Part shown: in pieces, positions 48,450 through 58,636 of the stretch
Position numbering within the stretch: position 1 is the first letter of the stretch
How the letters are laid out: every line of letters begins with the position of its first letter
From: Gammaproteobacteria bacterium
GTDB taxonomy: Bacteria; Pseudomonadota; Gammaproteobacteria; UBA4575
Assembly: GCA_014075255.1 (NCBI GenBank)
Contig: CP046178.1
Location: 705,616-769,615, forward strand
Reading direction: 5' to 3'
DNA length: 64,000 bases
Made by a program: the position numbers and the translations under genes
Notes under the pieces: generated by a model
Told to the model about the DNA's origin: nothing
The model's database searches: none
What the model saw: the letters and a program-made list of their open reading frames with translations, nothing else

Positions 48450-49367
48450 CTACTGTGTTTTAGTCCCCACTGAAATAGGCAATCCTGTCTTATTCTTCGC
48501 TAATTGATTAGCAAGTTCCCAGTTAATTTTATAGCCTTCTTTAGACTTAGTAGCGCCAATAATGGCTTGCACAAACTGAGTTAAATTCCTTGAATTAGTA
48601 CCTGTTTCATCGCCTTCACTTGGATGCATTTCGGCATATAGCTTGCCACCACTCCACGCCAGCTTGTAGGGTTCGTTAACAATGGTGACAGGAGTGTTTA
48701 TGGATACTCGGCTAAACAAGTCCTTAATATCATCGGGATGTAAACGCACGCATCCATGAGTTACTTTCATGCCAATGCCACGCGGGTTATTGGTGCCGTG
48801 AATTAAATAGCCAGACAAGCCTAAGCGAATAGCATAATCACCAAGTGGATTATCCGGCCCAGGAGGAACCGTAGCGGGTAAAGGGTCATTTTTCTCTTCA
48901 TGCTCCTTACGGATTGATTCAGGCGGGGTCCACGTTGGGTTTTTCTTCATCCCAATAACACTAGTCTGTGTGTTAGGCGTGTCCCAACCCTCTTTCCCGA
49001 TACTTATCGGATAGGTATACACATAACCTGGTGCATTTTTAGGGAAGTAATAAACACGCATTTCAGCAAGATTGAGAATGAGGCCTTTATGCTTAGTGTT
49101 AGGCAAAATATAGCGAGTTGGCATTACAAGCTGTGTGCCCTCGCCCGGTAACCATGGATCAACATTTGGATTTGCCAGTACTAATTCTTGAAAGCCCAAA
49201 CTATAGCGCCTAGCCAATTCAATGAAAGTATCCGATTCTTTAGCCGTCATCAGGCTCATTTGGCCTACGATTGAATCGCCATTTTTAGGTAATTGGTATC
49301 GTTCTGCCTGTAGCTGCATCGAGCTAAGCAAAAGAAATAAGCCAATGATCAAGTAAATAGTTTTCAT
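48450..49367 (-). CDS. L,D-transpeptidase (ErfK/YbiS/YcfS/YnhG family)
   Basis: LysM-like ANP.VDPWLP, NPTWTPP, GPDNPLG, IHGTN...THGCVRL. Confidence 0.93.
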   Translation of the reverse strand: MKTIYLIIGLFLLLSSMQLQAERYQLPKNGDSIVGQMSLMTAKESDTFIELARRYSLGFQELVLANPNVDPWLPGEGTQLVMPTRYILPNTKHKGLILNLAEMRVYYFPKNAPGYVYTYPISIGKEGWDTPNTQTSVIGMKKNPTWTPPESIRKEHEEKNDPLPATVPPGPDNPLGDYAIRLGLSGYLIHGTNNPRGIGMKVTHGCVRLHPDDIKDLFSRVSINTPVTIVNEPYKLAWSGGKLYAEMHPSEGDETGTNSRNLTQFVQAIIGATKSKEGYKINWELANQLAKNKTGLPISVGTKTQ

Positions 49368-49467
49368 GCTAAATTTTGCAATATCAAATAAATTGCGCCT
49401 ATGATTTAAACTATAGTGAGCTATTGGACTGAAGTAAAATAAAACCGTTTAAATACCCAATTAAAAT

Positions 49468-49926
49468 ATGACTAAAAGACCCATATACACGCTCGACAAT
49501 TGCTTAAAAAAAGTGAACCTAAACCCGCATAGGCTCTCCCACAAAGGTTATCTGTATATATGCATTTGCTTATTTCTATCAAGTTTATTACTGGCTTGTG
49601 CTTCTACCCCGCCCTCCAAAACGTTGCCACAATCAAAAGTGGCGGTTTCAAGTGTTGACCATACAAATTATCGTAAACATGTGAGTGGCGATGTAGACAC
49701 CGTAAAAGCAAAGCTCAAACAAGCACAAGATTTAGAGGCAGACAAGCAACACGCAACTGTTGAACAACTAGCCCAACAGATACTGGTAGATGTTGAATTG
49801 ATACGAATTAAAACCCAACGTTTAAATGTAGAACAAGAAGTTAAAAAAATTGAAAGCAGCATTTCTAATTTACACGATGAATTGAACTGGCGCGAGCCCG
49901 TTCAACTTAGTCCACTAAATCAATAA
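49468..49926 (+). CDS. DUF4398-like lipoprotein (start uncertain)
   Basis: Lipobox LLAC; AKLKQA...LA.Q..VD.EL; upstream of the OmpA partner. Confidence 0.65.
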   Translation: MTKRPIYTLDNCLKKVNLNPHRLSHKGYLYICICLFLSSLLLACASTPPSKTLPQSKVAVSSVDHTNYRKHVSGDVDTVKAKLKQAQDLEADKQHATVEQLAQQILVDVELIRIKTQRLNVEQEVKKIESSISNLHDELNWREPVQLSPLNQ

Positions 49927-49935
49927 GCGTTAATC

Positions 49936-50736
49936 ATGTTCAGAATTTATTTAATTATTTTTATAGTAACGGCTGCTTGCAGTTGCGCAAGCGCACCGAA
50001 ATCTTATCCACCGTTAGCTGAAGCTAAAGCAGCTCTTGAGAAAACTAAAAAGAAAGCCGGTATATTTGAAGTTGCATCGGTAACGCTATTTGAAGCGGAT
50101 GAGCAACTCAAACATGCTGAAACTGCTTTAAACGAAAACGATACGGATAGCGTCGACCATTACGTTTATCTTGCAACTCGCAAACAACAAATTGCTCAAG
50201 AATTGTTGCTTAAACATCAGCAAGAACAAGAACTCATTAATCTCAAGCAACAGCAACATGAAATGATTGCACATGCACGTCGCACTGAATCAACGCGCGC
50301 ATCCTCGGAAACACGCAAAGCTCAACAACGGATACAACAGCTTGAAAAAACACTTGGGCAATATAAAGCAGAAGAAACCAGTCGCGGCACGATTTTAGTC
50401 ATCAACGATTTGCTGTTCAATACAGGTGGAGCCAACTTAAAACCACAATCTCAAAGAAGATTAGAGCCGCTGGTACAGTATTTACAGGGTAACTCTCAAC
50501 GAGAAATTATCATTGAAGGACATACCGACAGCATAGGCAACCCACAAGTGAATAAACAATTATCCTTACAACGCGCCGACACTGTAAAAGAATTTCTTAT
50601 GACACGTGGAATAGATTCCAACCGTGTAGAAACCCGCGGCTTTGGCGAAGAAGTTCCCGTTGCAACGAATACCACCAATGCTGGCAGAAGCTTAAATCGT
50701 CGCGTAGAAGTAGTGATTAAAACGCCGGGTCAATAA
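49936..50736 (+). CDS. DUF4398 + OmpA-C peptidoglycan-binding lipoprotein
   Basis: IEGHTDSIG, N..LS..RA, GR..NRRVE. Confidence 0.9.
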   Translation: MFRIYLIIFIVTAACSCASAPKSYPPLAEAKAALEKTKKKAGIFEVASVTLFEADEQLKHAETALNENDTDSVDHYVYLATRKQQIAQELLLKHQQEQELINLKQQQHEMIAHARRTESTRASSETRKAQQRIQQLEKTLGQYKAEETSRGTILVINDLLFNTGGANLKPQSQRRLEPLVQYLQGNSQREIIIEGHTDSIGNPQVNKQLSLQRADTVKEFLMTRGIDSNRVETRGFGEEVPVATNTTNAGRSLNRRVEVVIKTPGQ

Positions 50737-50899
50737 TTTAATAATAATCGCTTACAGCCAATTTGCGAGCACATGGGTGTAGGTGTACCAGAATAAGTAA
50801 CATCAAGGATGATACAACTCATTAAATCTTTTCTTCAGCTAATGATCACTTTCGGCCATAAGCGGAATTACAACTTAGAAGTTCGGATTGATATGCCTT

Positions 50900-51157
50900 T
50901 CAAAAAAAACCCGTAGTCAAATCAGCACAAAACGCATCAGAAAATTTTACTTGACCCTCTAGTACATAACTTTTCTCAACGCCTGTACTGATTCGTGATG
51001 CGTATACCACGGCCGTTGGATCAAGTATTCCTTGTTTGTAGCTCTGGGTACGCTGTGTAGAAAACTCAAAATCATCGACATTGTATCCATGCTCTTCTAT
51101 GCATGTGATGATTGCGATTAAGAAGTTATCCGTAAGTAATGTACGGTCAAAATCCAT
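50900..51157 (-). CDS. Hypothetical protein
   Basis: ORF with AAGGA Shine-Dalgarno; no recognised motif. Confidence 0.55.
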   Translation of the reverse strand: MDFDRTLLTDNFLIAIITCIEEHGYNVDDFEFSTQRTQSYKQGILDPTAVVYASRISTGVEKSYVLEGQVKFSDAFCADLTTGFF

Positions 51158-51370
51158 TTCGATTCCTTCAAAATTACCAACCTGATTTTATTGAACAATG
51201 TTGAATTATAGTTCAAGAATAAATTATTAGCACGTTGCAGTTAGATATAATGTTAAACGTAAAAAGATAGTTTACGTAGTTGCTTGATTATTTTAATTGT
51301 TATACGACCGCTTTGGGTCGTTAGCGGTCATTGAACAAGGCTGCTTTGAAAACGCGAGTAAGACTATTAC

Positions 51371-51691
51371 TTAATGTTTAAATTTATTCAGGTTTAAAGC
51401 CTTATACCGCTCCACAATGATAGGAAATCCCATATCTTTCCAAAATATTGGACTTACTCCCCCAGTCAGCATTCCGCCAAACTTACTACATTCAATATAG
51501 AGTGATTTCTCATAATTTATACTATATTCCGTTAAGTCCAAGAATGCGGTTTCAAGTATTTGATTTAACGCATCAACAGAATTCGGTACATCTACTCCTT
51601 TAAAGTGATGCTCTAAGATTTTCCATAAATAGGGGTCACCTTGTAGCCCCCATTTAATAGGATTATCGTGAAATAATTCTGAAAGTTTCAT
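51371..51691 (-). CDS. Hypothetical protein (P..WGL.GDPYLW family)
   Basis: WGLQGDPYLW and GGMLTGGVSP.FW motifs. Confidence 0.65.
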   Translation of the reverse strand: MKLSELFHDNPIKWGLQGDPYLWKILEHHFKGVDVPNSVDALNQILETAFLDLTEYSINYEKSLYIECSKFGGMLTGGVSPIFWKDMGFPIIVERYKALNLNKFKH

Positions 51692-51744
51692 TTCTACATT
51701 TATCTAAAAATATCACCTTTAATTTGAAAGCAGGCATTAAAAAC

Positions 51745-53106
51745 TTATTTTGCAACCGCTAATTCAATCCCCTGCTCTGCTACATCCACCAACATCTTAA
51801 TCTCCTCAGGTGTAATCACATATGGCGTCATGAAGTAAATCACGTCACCCAGAGGTCTTAGCAAAACATTATTCTTCAAGCCGTGTTTGTAAACCTCCAA
51901 TCCTCTGCGTTCCTGCCATGGATAAGATTGTTTACTCGCTTTATCTTTTACCAATTCAATGGCTGTGATCATACCATGCTGCCTTACATCTCCCACATTC
52001 GGATGAGCATGGAAACGCTCACACTGCTTTGCGAATTCAGCACTAAGTATGTGGTTGTTTTCTACAGTATTCTCAGTTTTAAATATCTTTAAGGTAGCGA
52101 GTGCCGCCGCACAACCGAGTGGATTTCCGGTATAGCTATGTGAATGCAAGAAGGCTGTGAGATTTTCATAATCATCATAAAAGGCCTCATAAACATTATT
52201 GGTCGTCAATACTACAGATAATGGAAGATATCCGCCTGTGAGACCTTTAGATAAGCACATAAAATCAGGACTGATATTGGCTTGTTCACAGCCAAACATA
52301 GTGCCGGTTCTACCAAACCCTACTGCAATTTCATCTGCAATCAGGTGCACACCATATCGATCACATGCTTCACGCAATAACGTGAGATATTCCGGTGCGT
52401 ACATGCGCATGTAACCTGCGCATTGCACTAGAGGTTCTACGATGACAGCACAAACCTCTTCGTGATGCTGTTCTAAAGTTTTCTCCATGTGCGCAAACAT
52501 ACGTTTAGCATATTCTGCTTCTGGCTCACCCGCTTCGCGGTTATAGCTATCTGGACTAGGAACAGTGATTACATCTAACAATAGAGGTTCATAGACTTCT
52601 TTATAAAGTGCCACATCACCTAAAGACAAAGCCCCGATGGTTTCGCCATGATAGGAATTACTGAGATTAATAAATTTCGTTTTTTTAGTTTTATCAGTAT
52701 TTTTCCAATAATGAAAACTCATCTTTAATGCAACTTCTACTGCAGAAGAGCCATTGTCAGCGTAAAAACATTTGCGCAGTGGCTCTGGAGTTATCTCAAT
52801 CAACTGCTCTGATAGATTAATAACGGTCTCATGTGAAAATCCAGCCAACAATACATGCTCCATGCGATCTAACTGTTCTTTAATCGCATTGCTTATCGTT
52901 TCGTTTGCATGGCCAAATATATTTACCCACCAGGAACTGACCGCATCTAAATATCGAGTTCCATTAAAATCTTCTAGCCAAACTCCCTTAGCACTTTTAA
53001 TCGGTACCATGGGCAGGTGCTTATGATCTTTCATCTGGGTACAAGGGTGCCAAACAACTTCTAAATCTCTGCTTTTAAGTTCCTCAGCTTGATTGGATAA
53101 AGTCAA
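51745..53106 (-). CDS. bioA: Adenosylmethionine-8-amino-7-oxononanoate transaminase
   Basis: WHPCTQMK, SSWWVN, DNGSSAVEVALK, YHGET, ADEIAVGFGRTG, LSKGLTGG. Confidence 0.95.
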   Translation of the reverse strand: MTLSNQAEELKSRDLEVVWHPCTQMKDHKHLPMVPIKSAKGVWLEDFNGTRYLDAVSSWWVNIFGHANETISNAIKEQLDRMEHVLLAGFSHETVINLSEQLIEITPEPLRKCFYADNGSSAVEVALKMSFHYWKNTDKTKKTKFINLSNSYHGETIGALSLGDVALYKEVYEPLLLDVITVPSPDSYNREAGEPEAEYAKRMFAHMEKTLEQHHEEVCAVIVEPLVQCAGYMRMYAPEYLTLLREACDRYGVHLIADEIAVGFGRTGTMFGCEQANISPDFMCLSKGLTGGYLPLSVVLTTNNVYEAFYDDYENLTAFLHSHSYTGNPLGCAAALATLKIFKTENTVENNHILSAEFAKQCERFHAHPNVGDVRQHGMITAIELVKDKASKQSYPWQERRGLEVYKHGLKNNVLLRPLGDVIYFMTPYVITPEEIKMLVDVAEQGIELAVAK

Positions 53107-53183
53107 AATTCATATTCCTAGGTGTTGGGGAGGAAGACTCCCATTCTGCTCTTAGCTAAATTCGTTTCGAAGCCGTAAGCGCT

Positions 53184-53213
53184 ATTGTAATTAACCGGTC
53201 TTGTGGATGGCAA
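53184..53213 (-). promoter_or_regulatory. Putative sigma70 promoter of bioA
   Basis: Minus strand TTGCCA-N18-TACAAT. Confidence 0.5.
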
Positions 53214-53371
53214 AAACTACTGTATTTATGCTTCACATGAAATAAAAACCAACCTGCTGCTTAAAAAACGTACTTATGTAGTTGATGTAAATAAAGATGC
53301 AAAAGCCCGAAACCACTTTAACTTTGAATATCTTTAGCTTAGTTAAGTCCTAACGTACACTGCGGTTATCA

Positions 53372-54661
53372 ATGAGTACTAATAGCGTATATATCGTCGA
53401 TGGCAGTCGCTCTCCTTTCCTTAAAGCAAGGGGGAGACCCGGACCATTTCAAGCTTCAGATTTTGCGGTTCAATCCGCTACACCATTATTGATGAGACAA
53501 CCGTTCGAACCAGAAGAGTTCGATGAAGTTATTGTGGGGTGCGTAGGACCCAGTGCAGATGAAGTAAATATTGCGCGCGTAATTAGCTTACGTCTGGGAT
53601 GCGGAGATAAAGTTCCTGCCTGGACCGTACAGCGCAATTGCGCCTCAGGTATGCAATCAATTGATAGTGCATTTTCAAATATTTTACTCGGCAAATCAGA
53701 TTTGGTTTTAGCAGGGGGTGCTGAAGCCATGAGTCATTCCCCTGTTTTATATAACCATCACATGGTGAATTGGCTAGCAGACATGAATCGTTCCAAAACA
53801 CCATTACAAAAACTAAAGACCATTACGCAATTACGGCCTAAGTTTTTTACTCCAGTAATTGGCTTATTAAAAGGACTTACCGATCCAGTTGTTGGATTAT
53901 CGATGGGACAAACTGCAGAAAATCTTGCACATATGTTTAATATTTCTCGTGAAGAGATGGATCAATATGCTGTCGATAGCCATTTGCGTTTGGTGTATGC
54001 ACAAGAGAACGATCTTTTCGACAATGAAATAGTAAATCTGTACGACGACAAAGGTAAAACGTATAACAGTGACGATGGCGTGCGACCCGATTCAAGCTTA
54101 GAAAAGCTGGCAAAATTAAGACCGGTATTTGATAAAAAGCACGGCAATATTACTGCAGGCAATAGCGCACAAATCACCGATGGTGCTTCCTGGGTCATTC
54201 TAGCCAGTGAGCAAGCGGTTAAAAAACACAATCTTAATGTCATGGGACGATTGGTAGCCTCCAACTGGGCAGCCTTAGATCCAAGACATATGGGATTAGG
54301 CCCGGTACATTCAACTGTACCGATGCTGCAAGCGCAAAATTTGAATGTTAACGATATTGATTATTGGGAGCTAAATGAAGCTTTTGCTGCCCAAGTATTA
54401 GGTTGTTTAGCCGCATGGAAAGATCCGCACTATTGCCAAGAACATCTAGGTTTAGATAAGGCTTTTGGTGAAGTCCCACATGAAAAACTTAACGTTGATG
54501 GTGGGGCAATTAGCATGGGACATCCTGTTGGCGCAAGTGGAACTCGCATCGTTCATCACGTATTAAACGTTTTAAAACGCAACAAAGCTAAACTAGGTGT
54601 AGCTACCATATGTATTGGTGGAGGCCAAGGCGGCGCTATGTTGGTTGAAAATTTACAATAA
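53372..54661 (+). CDS. Acetyl-CoA C-acyltransferase (thiolase, FadI-like)
   Basis: NCASG, NEAFA, GHPVGASG, CIGGGQG. Confidence 0.93.
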   Translation: MSTNSVYIVDGSRSPFLKARGRPGPFQASDFAVQSATPLLMRQPFEPEEFDEVIVGCVGPSADEVNIARVISLRLGCGDKVPAWTVQRNCASGMQSIDSAFSNILLGKSDLVLAGGAEAMSHSPVLYNHHMVNWLADMNRSKTPLQKLKTITQLRPKFFTPVIGLLKGLTDPVVGLSMGQTAENLAHMFNISREEMDQYAVDSHLRLVYAQENDLFDNEIVNLYDDKGKTYNSDDGVRPDSSLEKLAKLRPVFDKKHGNITAGNSAQITDGASWVILASEQAVKKHNLNVMGRLVASNWAALDPRHMGLGPVHSTVPMLQAQNLNVNDIDYWELNEAFAAQVLGCLAAWKDPHYCQEHLGLDKAFGEVPHEKLNVDGGAISMGHPVGASGTRIVHHVLNVLKRNKAKLGVATICIGGGQGGAMLVENLQ

Positions 54662-54667
54662 CAAACT

Positions 54668-56704
54668 ATGCCTGACGAAAACTTTAAGCATTGGGTAATT
54701 GAAGAAAAAGAAAACGGCATTATTTGGCTAGGCATGGATGTTGAAAATGCAAGTGCTAATGTGTTATCCGCCACTGTATTAGCAGAACTTAATCAACTAC
54801 TCGTCCATTACTCTAAGAACCTCCCAATAGGAATTGCGATCACTTCTAACAAAGCAAAAGGCTTTGTTGCCGGAGCAGATGTTAAAGAATTTACTAAAAT
54901 TTCTAACCACCAAGAAGCTCTCGAGTTAGTGCAATACGGGCAATCCGTTTTTAATCAACTTGACAAAATGTCTTGCCCTACTGTTGCTGTAATTAATGGC
55001 TTTTGTATGGGTGGTGGTTTGGAGCTAGCGCTCGCTTGCGATTATCGTGTTGCATTAGAAGACCCCAAAACACGTTTATCACTACCAGAAGTTAGGTTAG
55101 GCATACATCCTGGATACGGCGGTACAGTGCGTATATTACGCCATGTGAACCCACTTGTTGCTATGGATCTCATGCTCACAGGCAGGAGTATCAGCTCTAG
55201 TTACGCTAAAAAAATTGGCTTAATTGATGCTGCTGCTCCACTACGCCTATTAAACAGTGTTGCTAATAAATTAATATTGAGCAAACCAGATAAGCAAAAA
55301 GCTCCAAAAATTTCCAAACTTCTGAACAGTCGATTAGTACGACCTATTGTTGCCATGCAAATGCGTAAGCAAGTCGCCAAAAAAGCCAAACCTGAACATT
55401 ACCCTGCTCCATATGCCATTATCGACCATTGGCAAAAGCACTACGGCAATGAAGTAAAATTTTTACAACATGAAGCAGAATCTGTCGCACGTCTTAGTAC
55501 AAATGACACAACTAAAAACTTAGTACGTGTATTTTTATTGCAAGATGAATTGAAATCTCTAGCCACTGAAGATAATGAAAAGATAAAACATGTACACATA
55601 ATTGGCGCAGGTGTCATGGGCGGTGATATTGCCACCTGGTGCGTATCACAGGGGTTACAAGTTACGCTGCAAGACTTAAAAGCAGAAAGTTTGGCTCGCG
55701 CAAAACAGCGTGCCTATGATTATTTTAAGAAACGTTTAAAAAAGCGTTTGCTAATTAAAAGTGCAATGGATCAATTTATTTTAGATATCCATGGCGATGG
55801 TTTAGCAAAAGCAGATATCGTAATTGAGGCTATATTTGAAAACAAAGATGTGAAGCGAAATTTGTATGCATCGATAGATGCTAAGATCAAAAAAGATGCA
55901 CTCATCGTTACCAATACTTCAAGCATTGAAATCGAACTACTTTGCGATGCTATTTCTGACCCTACTCGCCTTGTCGGTTTACATTTTTTTAATCCAGTTA
56001 CTAAAATGCCATTGATTGAAATTGTTAATGGGGCACAAACCGATCCTACTGTTTCGCAACGTGCAATTAATTTTGCAAAACAGATTGGCAAACTACCATT
56101 ACCGACAAAAAGCTCACCTGGTTTTTTAGTCAACCGAATTTTAACACCTTATATGGTTGAAGCAGGCTTGCTATATGACACAGGCACTTCAATTGAAGCA
56201 ATAGACCGTGCTGCCAAACAATTTGGTATGCCAATGGGTCCAGTGGAATTAGCAGATACTGTCGGGCTTGATATCGGACTACACGTTGGAGAGCTACTCA
56301 GCAAAGCCTATAACTATAGTCTTCCCAATTCGTTTAAGACCTTGGTAGATGCAGGAAATCTTGGAAGAAAATCCGGCCAAGGATTCTACACTTGGAAGAA
56401 AGGCAAAAAAATCTCGCCAAAAACTAAATCATCCACCGACAACATTGAATACATTCAAAATCGTTTGATGTTGAGGTTTCTAAACGAAGCCGCAGCCTGT
56501 CTGCGAGAAGAAGTCGTGGCCAATAAGGACCATCTAGATGCGGGGGTAATATTTGGTACCGGTTTTGCTCCCTTTAAAGGGGGTCCAATTAACTACATTG
56601 AGTCCCGTGGCCCTGATTCGTTGCTTAAGATTTTAGAGTCTTTGCGCGGACAGTATGGCAAACGCTTTGAACCTGACTCCGAGTGGCAAAAAATTAGCAA
56701 ATAA
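54668..56704 (+). CDS. Multifunctional enoyl-CoA hydratase / 3-hydroxyacyl-CoA dehydrogenase (FadJ-like)
   Basis: AGAD, GGGLELALAC, LPEVRLG, GAGVMG, TNTSS, GLHFFNP. Confidence 0.93.
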   Translation: MPDENFKHWVIEEKENGIIWLGMDVENASANVLSATVLAELNQLLVHYSKNLPIGIAITSNKAKGFVAGADVKEFTKISNHQEALELVQYGQSVFNQLDKMSCPTVAVINGFCMGGGLELALACDYRVALEDPKTRLSLPEVRLGIHPGYGGTVRILRHVNPLVAMDLMLTGRSISSSYAKKIGLIDAAAPLRLLNSVANKLILSKPDKQKAPKISKLLNSRLVRPIVAMQMRKQVAKKAKPEHYPAPYAIIDHWQKHYGNEVKFLQHEAESVARLSTNDTTKNLVRVFLLQDELKSLATEDNEKIKHVHIIGAGVMGGDIATWCVSQGLQVTLQDLKAESLARAKQRAYDYFKKRLKKRLLIKSAMDQFILDIHGDGLAKADIVIEAIFENKDVKRNLYASIDAKIKKDALIVTNTSSIEIELLCDAISDPTRLVGLHFFNPVTKMPLIEIVNGAQTDPTVSQRAINFAKQIGKLPLPTKSSPGFLVNRILTPYMVEAGLLYDTGTSIEAIDRAAKQFGMPMGPVELADTVGLDIGLHVGELLSKAYNYSLPNSFKTLVDAGNLGRKSGQGFYTWKKGKKISPKTKSSTDNIEYIQNRLMLRFLNEAAACLREEVVANKDHLDAGVIFGTGFAPFKGGPINYIESRGPDSLLKILESLRGQYGKRFEPDSEWQKISK

Positions 56705-56958
56705 AAGTGTTTTTTAGCTAAGTAAATAACTTAAGTTCTTCCTGTAAACTATTGATTTACAGAAAATACGTTTATATTAAAATACCTTAAATAAGTATTT
56801 TAACTTATTGTATATAAATACATTTATTGCACAACATATAATTGACGCTCTAAAATAGCACTTTCCTTGTGCGACCTTCTACACTACAGTGATTCGACAA
56901 TAAAACAGATAGGCAATGAAATAGCTTATCAACAATAAATTTCTCTAGGAGGATTCAG

Positions 56959-57216
56959 ATGGAAGCATTAATGCCATTGATTATGCAGCTTATAAGTGGA
57001 GCTGTAGGCGGAAACATTATTGGAGCTCTAGCTAAGAAACTTAGCTTAGGGTTTCTCGGTAACACAGTCGCTGGACTGGTTGGCGGTGGATTAGGCGGAC
57101 AATTGCTTGGCGGGATGCTTGGTAGTGGAATGGTCGGCGAAATAGGTGTGGCTGCAGGTGGTGGCGGTATTGTGATGGTCATCATTGGCTTAATTAAAAG
57201 CATGATGGCGAAATAG
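56959..57216 (+). CDS. Small Gly-rich membrane protein
   Basis: GAVGGN...GGGLGGQLLG Gly-zipper pattern; AGGAGG Shine-Dalgarno. Confidence 0.8.
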   Translation: MEALMPLIMQLISGAVGGNIIGALAKKLSLGFLGNTVAGLVGGGLGGQLLGGMLGSGMVGEIGVAAGGGGIVMVIIGLIKSMMAK

Positions 57217-57257
57217 GTCGACACTAGCTAAAGTAGAAATCTATTCTCGCATGCATC

Positions 57258-57288
57258 GTAGGGCGTTTATGATTCATAGACGCCTTAC
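57258..57288. terminator. Hairpin between convergent genes
   Basis: GTAGGGCGTTTATGA-T-TCATAGACGCCTTAC. Confidence 0.55.
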
Positions 57289-57410
57289 TCGTTACTAAGG
57301 ATCGTAGTCAATTAAGAGTCCAAATTAGTACCCTTACCTATCCAAACCTAGCACTTACTAACTTGCCTTTTCAGGCACTTTGCACTCTTTAGAGTGCTCA
57401 TTATTAAAAC

Positions 57411-57680
57411 TTATCGTCGACCACCACTACGGTTATCATTTCTTGGCCGTGCTTCGTTTACTCTTACACTACGACCTTGAACATCGGTTTCGTTGATCGC
57501 ATTAATTGCAGCTTCACCTTGCGCATTATCTGACATTTCAATGAACCCAAATCCTTTCGATCGACCAGAGTCTCTGTCCATAATAATATTTGCACTGGAG
57601 ACCTCTCCATGAGCTGCAAATAAATCACGAAGTTCATCTTCTGAGATACTGTAAGGTAAGTTACCGATATAAATATTCAT
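57411..57680 (-). CDS. RRM (RNP-1) RNA-binding protein
   Basis: RNP2 IYIGNL, RNP1 KGFGFIEM. Confidence 0.95.
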   Translation of the reverse strand: MNIYIGNLPYSISEDELRDLFAAHGEVSSANIIMDRDSGRSKGFGFIEMSDNAQGEAAINAINETDVQGRSVRVNEARPRNDNRSGGRR

Positions 57681-58040
57681 TTTTTCTCCTAATTACTCAA
57701 ATCACTATGCGAACTGTAAAAATTACATCGCCAACAAAGCAGTTCACAACTTTGGCGACAATAAAAAGGTCGGGTCAGACTTGAATACATAACTTAAGAG
57801 AAACTTAATAGTGCCTAGGAACGAGTGAGTACAAGGAATATAAGTAGGGATTTCTTTAGATAGTTACAAATAAGACGAACAGAGCCAGATACGGAAATAT
57901 TAAACTATGTGCTATGACCTAAATGTGCTTGAATACAAAATTGATATAATCATTAACAGATTAGATAGTGCACGAAACAAGCATAAAAGTCTATGTTTAC
58001 GCATTTCCAAGTGTTTCCTATTGCCCCAAATTACTAATAT

Positions 58041-58595
58041 TTACTTGCAACGCAATACATTCCACTGTCCGCTAAGCGGATGAGGTTGCCAAGCATAATC
58101 ATCATCCGCAACTTTTATCCAATATGGAACTCCGGCTTTACGCCAAGGGTCGAACACAATGCCTTCTGACCAGTTGGACTCTGCTGCATAAATTACTACC
58201 GTATTATGTTCACGCAATTGGCTACCAAGGCGAGCAACCAACCAGTCAAACTTTAATGAACTAGTATGCAATTCGCGTAATTTTGTATGCAAATCTTCAG
58301 CCCAGTGACAACATAAACCTCTTTGACGAAACCCCGTATTGACTAACATGTTGTGGTACAAAGCAGGGCTAGCCATATCATATTCATCCGCAAGTACAAT
58401 CGCCGTGCTAATTAATACGCGCGATGTTTGACTTGCATCGGTTACTAGAACTTCTGCCGATAAAGCATTTATAGCTTGTGTAAAATCTTCGACTTCACTA
58501 TCAATATTTTCAGGTGTAGGCACATGTGAGCAAGCTGTAATAACTATAACAATAAGCAAGTAACCTAACAGCCTCAATTGCTTAAGTTTAGGCAT
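58041..58595 (-). CDS. Hypothetical lipoprotein
   Basis: Lipobox ITAC; RGLCCHWA, EHN.VV, DPWR (Cys-His-Asp triad-like). Confidence 0.7.
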   Translation of the reverse strand: MPKLKQLRLLGYLLIVIVITACSHVPTPENIDSEVEDFTQAINALSAEVLVTDASQTSRVLISTAIVLADEYDMASPALYHNMLVNTGFRQRGLCCHWAEDLHTKLRELHTSSLKFDWLVARLGSQLREHNTVVIYAAESNWSEGIVFDPWRKAGVPYWIKVADDDYAWQPHPLSGQWNVLRCK

Positions 58596-58636
58596 CAGAA
58601 AATAGAAGTGCAGTAGCTTATTTATATGAAAAATAA

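Noticed and set aside
53107-53183. Possible SAM-II/SAM-V riboswitch in the bioA leader (ATTTAGCTAAGAG, GGGAG/CTCCC hairpin)
   Set aside because: Only a short GCTAA similarity; I could not build the required pseudoknot. An Rfam cmscan would settle it.
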